From Psammoneis japonica (taxonomy: Eukaryota), in the NCBI GenBank assembly GCA_008632985.1, contig QPGO01000049.1, positions 434,001 to 485,206 on the forward strand: 51,206 nt of DNA. The letters run 5' to 3'. Under the pieces are notes generated by a model that had not been told where the DNA came from, searched no databases, and saw only the letters and a list, made by a program, of their open reading frames with translations. Below are positions 47,171 to 51,206 of this stretch, in pieces; the stretch's first letter is position 1; every line of letters begins with the position of its first letter. The position numbers and the translations under genes were made by a program.

Positions 47171-47949
47171 TTGATGGAACACTGCCATTGAACAGATCAG
47201 TGCTTGTGCCCCTGGACCATTGCAGGGCGATTGGCGATTGTCTGTTGCACATTTCCCATCTGTCACACTGTTCTCTCTTCTCTTCATGCATCTTTGATGC
47301 TGTTTTTTTTCTCTTGATTGGCATCTGCTGATTGCTCATCAGGGGAGGGTGACAGAGCTGACCGAGTCATGAGTCGTGCGTGCCTGTGAGGTGGCTCACA
47401 GTCACACACCCAGTGGACAGACATTGTCACAAGCAGCGGATGTGCTTCCTCACTTGTGTCAACTCTCCTTGGGGAGAAGTTGCAAAACTGCTGTGGAGGC
47501 AGGAATTCTGGCACAACCTCTTTCTCCAACAGATGCTGTGGCTCCTGCAAAACCAAGCTGATGGCTCGCACACGTGTGCCACCAGCTCCCATGGCTTCAC
47601 TGCTTTTGAACACACTGATTTCCACTCTGAGTGGTTGTGAGCCCAAGCTTGCATGTGTGCCCACTCACACACATGCAAAACTTTTGAGCCACACTTGCCC
47701 ATGGTGGTCAGCAACAATGTCATGATTTGGGCATCACAGCTTGCAGCTTGCACAGGCGTGACACACTCAAATGTCAGTGCAAATTTTTTCAAACCCTTTG
47801 CTGATGCTGTTCATGCTGTGTGGACCTCATGTGCCCCTGATTTAACAGGCACCAAGCAAACAATTAGGTTCAAAAAGGAAGAGTGAGTTAGAGGCAAGTC
47901 AAGGATGACAGTGAAAGAGGAACATGGAACTTTGTGTGGAGGAAAACAG

Positions 47950-49500
47950 TGCTCTGCTCTGTTGTTCTGGCATGAGAGCAGCTGACAAAGAAAGTCTGGC
48001 TCCATTGCTTCCTCCATTGGATGACACTCTCCAGGATGGCACAATGGAGTTGCAACATTTCTTTGAAAGCCAGGATGATGTTGACTGTTGCATGCTGGCC
48101 AGTGGTGAAAACACCAGCCGGGCTCCCAACCGACAGTGAAACCTTTGATTTCAGCCAGCTTTGCTTGTTAATTGAGCACAAGTGGATGGAGACAGATGAG
48201 TCAAAGACTTGGAGCAGTTGTGCTCCAACATTCTAGAACAGCATCAACAAGAGCAAGATTCCTTCAAGCTTCACTCTTGCAACAATCTTTTCATCAGTTC
48301 TGCCTGGACTGTTGGCAGTGAGAAGCAATTGTTCCACATGTTGCCCCACGTTGTGAGGGTGGATGCAACTTCTCACTCCAACAATGAGAAGAGGATGCTC
48401 CTCACATTTTCAGCCAGGTCACCGGATTGATCACACTTTGTTTTTTGCATGTGCACTTGCCAGACCAGACTCAACCCACATCTCGCTGGATGTTCAAAGA
48501 TGTGTTTCCAACACTTTTGGACAAGCGGTCCCTCCAACACATCCACATGATGTTTGCCGACAGTGATTCCCCCAAGTCATTGAAGAGCTCCGTGATGCCA
48601 TCCACAGCCATGTGCCTTCAACCTGCCAAGCAAGATGTGGATGGCACATTGTTGAAAAAGGTTGGATGACTCACTGCCCCAGAGAAAAAAGCATCTCTGC
48701 GGGCCAAACTTGTGAGTGATTCAAGCTGTCAGTTGCCACAACAAAGGCACAGTTGTGCTCAAGCACTGTGAAAAAGCCAACAACTCAAGTCATGAAGGAA
48801 CCAATTTAGGCAGCACCCCAGTCCTGAATTTGCAAAACCTGGCAACAACTGCAACTTTTCTGGCAATGCAGTCAGATGCAAAGGTTGCAGAAATGCTGTG
48901 TGAATTAAGTGGGATGGTGCACACATGGTGTCTTTGGTTGAAACTTCCAACCGTCAATCATGTGCTGACCAGGTGCAAGGGCATGCTCTCCAGATGTTGG
49001 AAAGCTGTCCATTGTCATGAGGTCAGGTGCAAGCTGAATGGTCAAAGCAATGACCCCAACTGCGCAGCATGGGAAGCAGCTTGCAAAGTTACAAATGACA
49101 AAGAAAGCAACACACAAGGAAACCCCAAAGACCAAGAATGCCAAGAACAAGAAAACAATTCTGAGGAAAGCAACCCATGCTTCAAGCACATCCCAAAGCA
49201 CCAGCGGGTGCTTGTTGTCTGCATGGATGGATCATGAGTTCTTCATTGTGCCTGTGCTGAGTTCCAACGCACAGGCATGGGATGCATTCATCAGTTGTCC
49301 ATGATGAAGTTTGAGTTGGGCCAGCAATTTAAAGGATTCTCTCATCTCATGACGTGTCCATTGCATGGTGGCAAAAGCATTCCCACCATGCTTTCAGTGG
49401 GAACAAGCAAGTGGATGGCCTGGATGACATTTTCAAAGCTTTGTTGGAAAATGATGCAAAGGGGCCATGGATGCCAGATCACTTTGATCCAACAGTTGTG
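47950..49500 (+). mobile_element. Degenerate Mutator-like (MULE) transposase with SWIM zinc finger
   Basis: LFHMLPHVVRVDATSHSNNEKRMLLTFS (first catalytic Asp region), RWMFKDVFPTLL...MFADSD, RCGWHIV (CxxH, ~48634-48654) and LHCACAEFQRTGMGCIH (SWIM, ~49241-49291) in the expected order. Boundaries approximate; lies in a depleted block running to ~51100. Confidence 0.75.
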
Positions 49501-51206
49501 CCCAAGCCAACCACCATGACAGAGTCTGTTTTTGACATGCCCTGCAATGTCATGTCATCTTTGACCAACTGCTCTGAGGAACAAGCAAAGCAAGCAGTCA
49601 AATCCACCATGCCATTGTTCAACACACAGCCACTGCTGAATTTTCACAGATGCCCAATGTCAACATGCAGGATGAGGGTGATGGAGACCAAGACCTGGTG
49701 CTCAGTTTCCTGGATGATGCTCGCCAATCCGGTTGTGAAGTGTGGTCCCAAAATGACACTGAACAACAAGTCATGCATTGCAACCAAAGTGCTTGCAACA
49801 TTTTGGTGCCAAGGACAAACACTCTTTGTGGTCTGTTTGTGTCTCAAGATGTGTCCTGTGTGGACATGCCAGACATCAAACCCTTGGCAACAGCAACAGA
49901 CGAGGCAATTGCAGAGATGTGAGGCAAGCTGCACTCTCTCCATGTGTCTTTGTCAGACTGCCAAGACAACTCTGCACCACAATGGATGTTGAATTGTGGC
50001 AAGCAAGACACAAAGCACTGATGCACCCACACACGAAAATGGTCTTGCTTGAATGGTGGCACATGCAGTGGTGCACCTGAATCATTGGGGGGTGTTGCAC
50101 ACACTGAAAGAAAAAGCTCAACTGCAACCCACTTTCAATGCCTGACACGGTGATCAAGTCACAGACCAATGGCATCTCAAAGAACTTTGCTTGACAAATC
50201 AACACCATCACCATGACCAAGTGGTTCCAACAGACTCACTGGGTGATCTGCAGCAAGCCATTGCTTGGGAGTTGTGAGTTCTCTTGGGAACTTGAATGAC
50301 TTCAAAGTCTCCACACTGGGCAAGGAGCTTGCACTCATGTCAACCTTCATGTTCACATGGTGAGCTGTCTCATCTTTTTCTGGCAATTCACCACCACAAG
50401 GGAATCTGTCAATGACATGCTCACACATTCCTGTGTTGTCTTGTCCAGGCAAATGAACAGCAAGAGCCTTCATGCCGATGCACTCAAACATGGGAGTGTG
50501 CTCTTAAACAAGGCATTGCAAAACTCTTTGCTCTTCATGGTTGTCTTGTTTCTTCTCCTTGCAAAGGCATGGCTTGAGCCACCTCTCTCTGCAGTGCTCT
50601 GCCAAGCCAGCACGTTCTCTCCCAAGATGATGTTGCAGTGTCTTCCCAAAGGCACAAATCCTGGGTTCACTTTTCAACCGTGCTTCACAGGAAGCTCACA
50701 ATTGATGGCTCCTGTGACTGCATTGGCTGGTTTGACAACAGCCTGTGTGGCCATCTAGGAAGGCAGGGTGCCTGTCTTTCCCTTCTGGCCAACATCATGA
50801 GTGCCGGTCAAATTGCCGCATTGTTTGACAAGCCTTGTTGATTTGGTCCAGCTGAGGAGGAACCACTCAAACAGAAATCTCTTTCCATGGTGCAGGCATG
50901 CTGCAGCCCTTCCAGTCATCTTTGGGCATGACATCTGCATCAGGCTTGAGTGCATTGCTGAAATGATGGAAGTCCTCTTGTCCTCCATGTTCCTCCTTGC
51001 TTTGCCCGGCACATTCTGCAAATGTCAAAGAATGCACCCAGCCCACTTTCATTCTCACAAATGTTGAAAATGGAAAGCCTTTGGCTTTGCAAAACAGGGA
51101 GCTGGAACAATTTCGTAGAGGATCACATGCAGACATGTGCACGCGAAACGTGGCGCGATCCAAAAATCTGTTGATGTCACAGTTCAGCAGTGCAAGGTCC
51201 CACCTG

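Noticed and set aside
1..51206. The many overlapping Cys/His/Gln-rich ORFs in all six frames of the depleted blocks
   Set aside because: They are a by-product of TA loss (TAA/TAG stops removed, Tyr converted to Cys/His), not genes or metal-binding proteins.

Overview
Eukaryotic DNA, most likely a diatom: it has diatom-type Copia elements, a DUF6824-type 'DVLCGRG' protein, a diatom-type cyclin, bipartite plastid-targeting presequences and 73-94 nt introns. The window alternates between two kinds of sequence. (a) Normal gene islands: a P/T-rich FG-GAP-like membrane protein, an intron-containing hypothetical protein, a TPR-TylF/MycF methyltransferase, a DUF6824 protein, prefoldin 5, acetyl-CoA synthetase and a cyclin. 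(b) Multi-kb transposon-rich blocks from which the dinucleotide TpA has been almost erased. The main signal is that copies of the same repeat (three LTRs, two RT/RNase H copies, a tandem array) resolve each ancestral TA independently to TG or CA, so Tyr codons become Cys or His and a GTAAGT splice donor appears as GCAAGC. This points to a repeat-targeted, both-strand A>G hypermutation at TpA, RIP-like in logic but opposite in direction. Modification-induced base miscalling is the alternative to exclude. Several gene/block borders carry CTAG-rich tracts. A three-LTR, internally inverted Copia with a CAGCC target-site duplication sits inside a beta-propeller gene. A TA-spared island holds three MITE-like elements, one piggyBac-like. 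All compositional statements are by eye, not computed.
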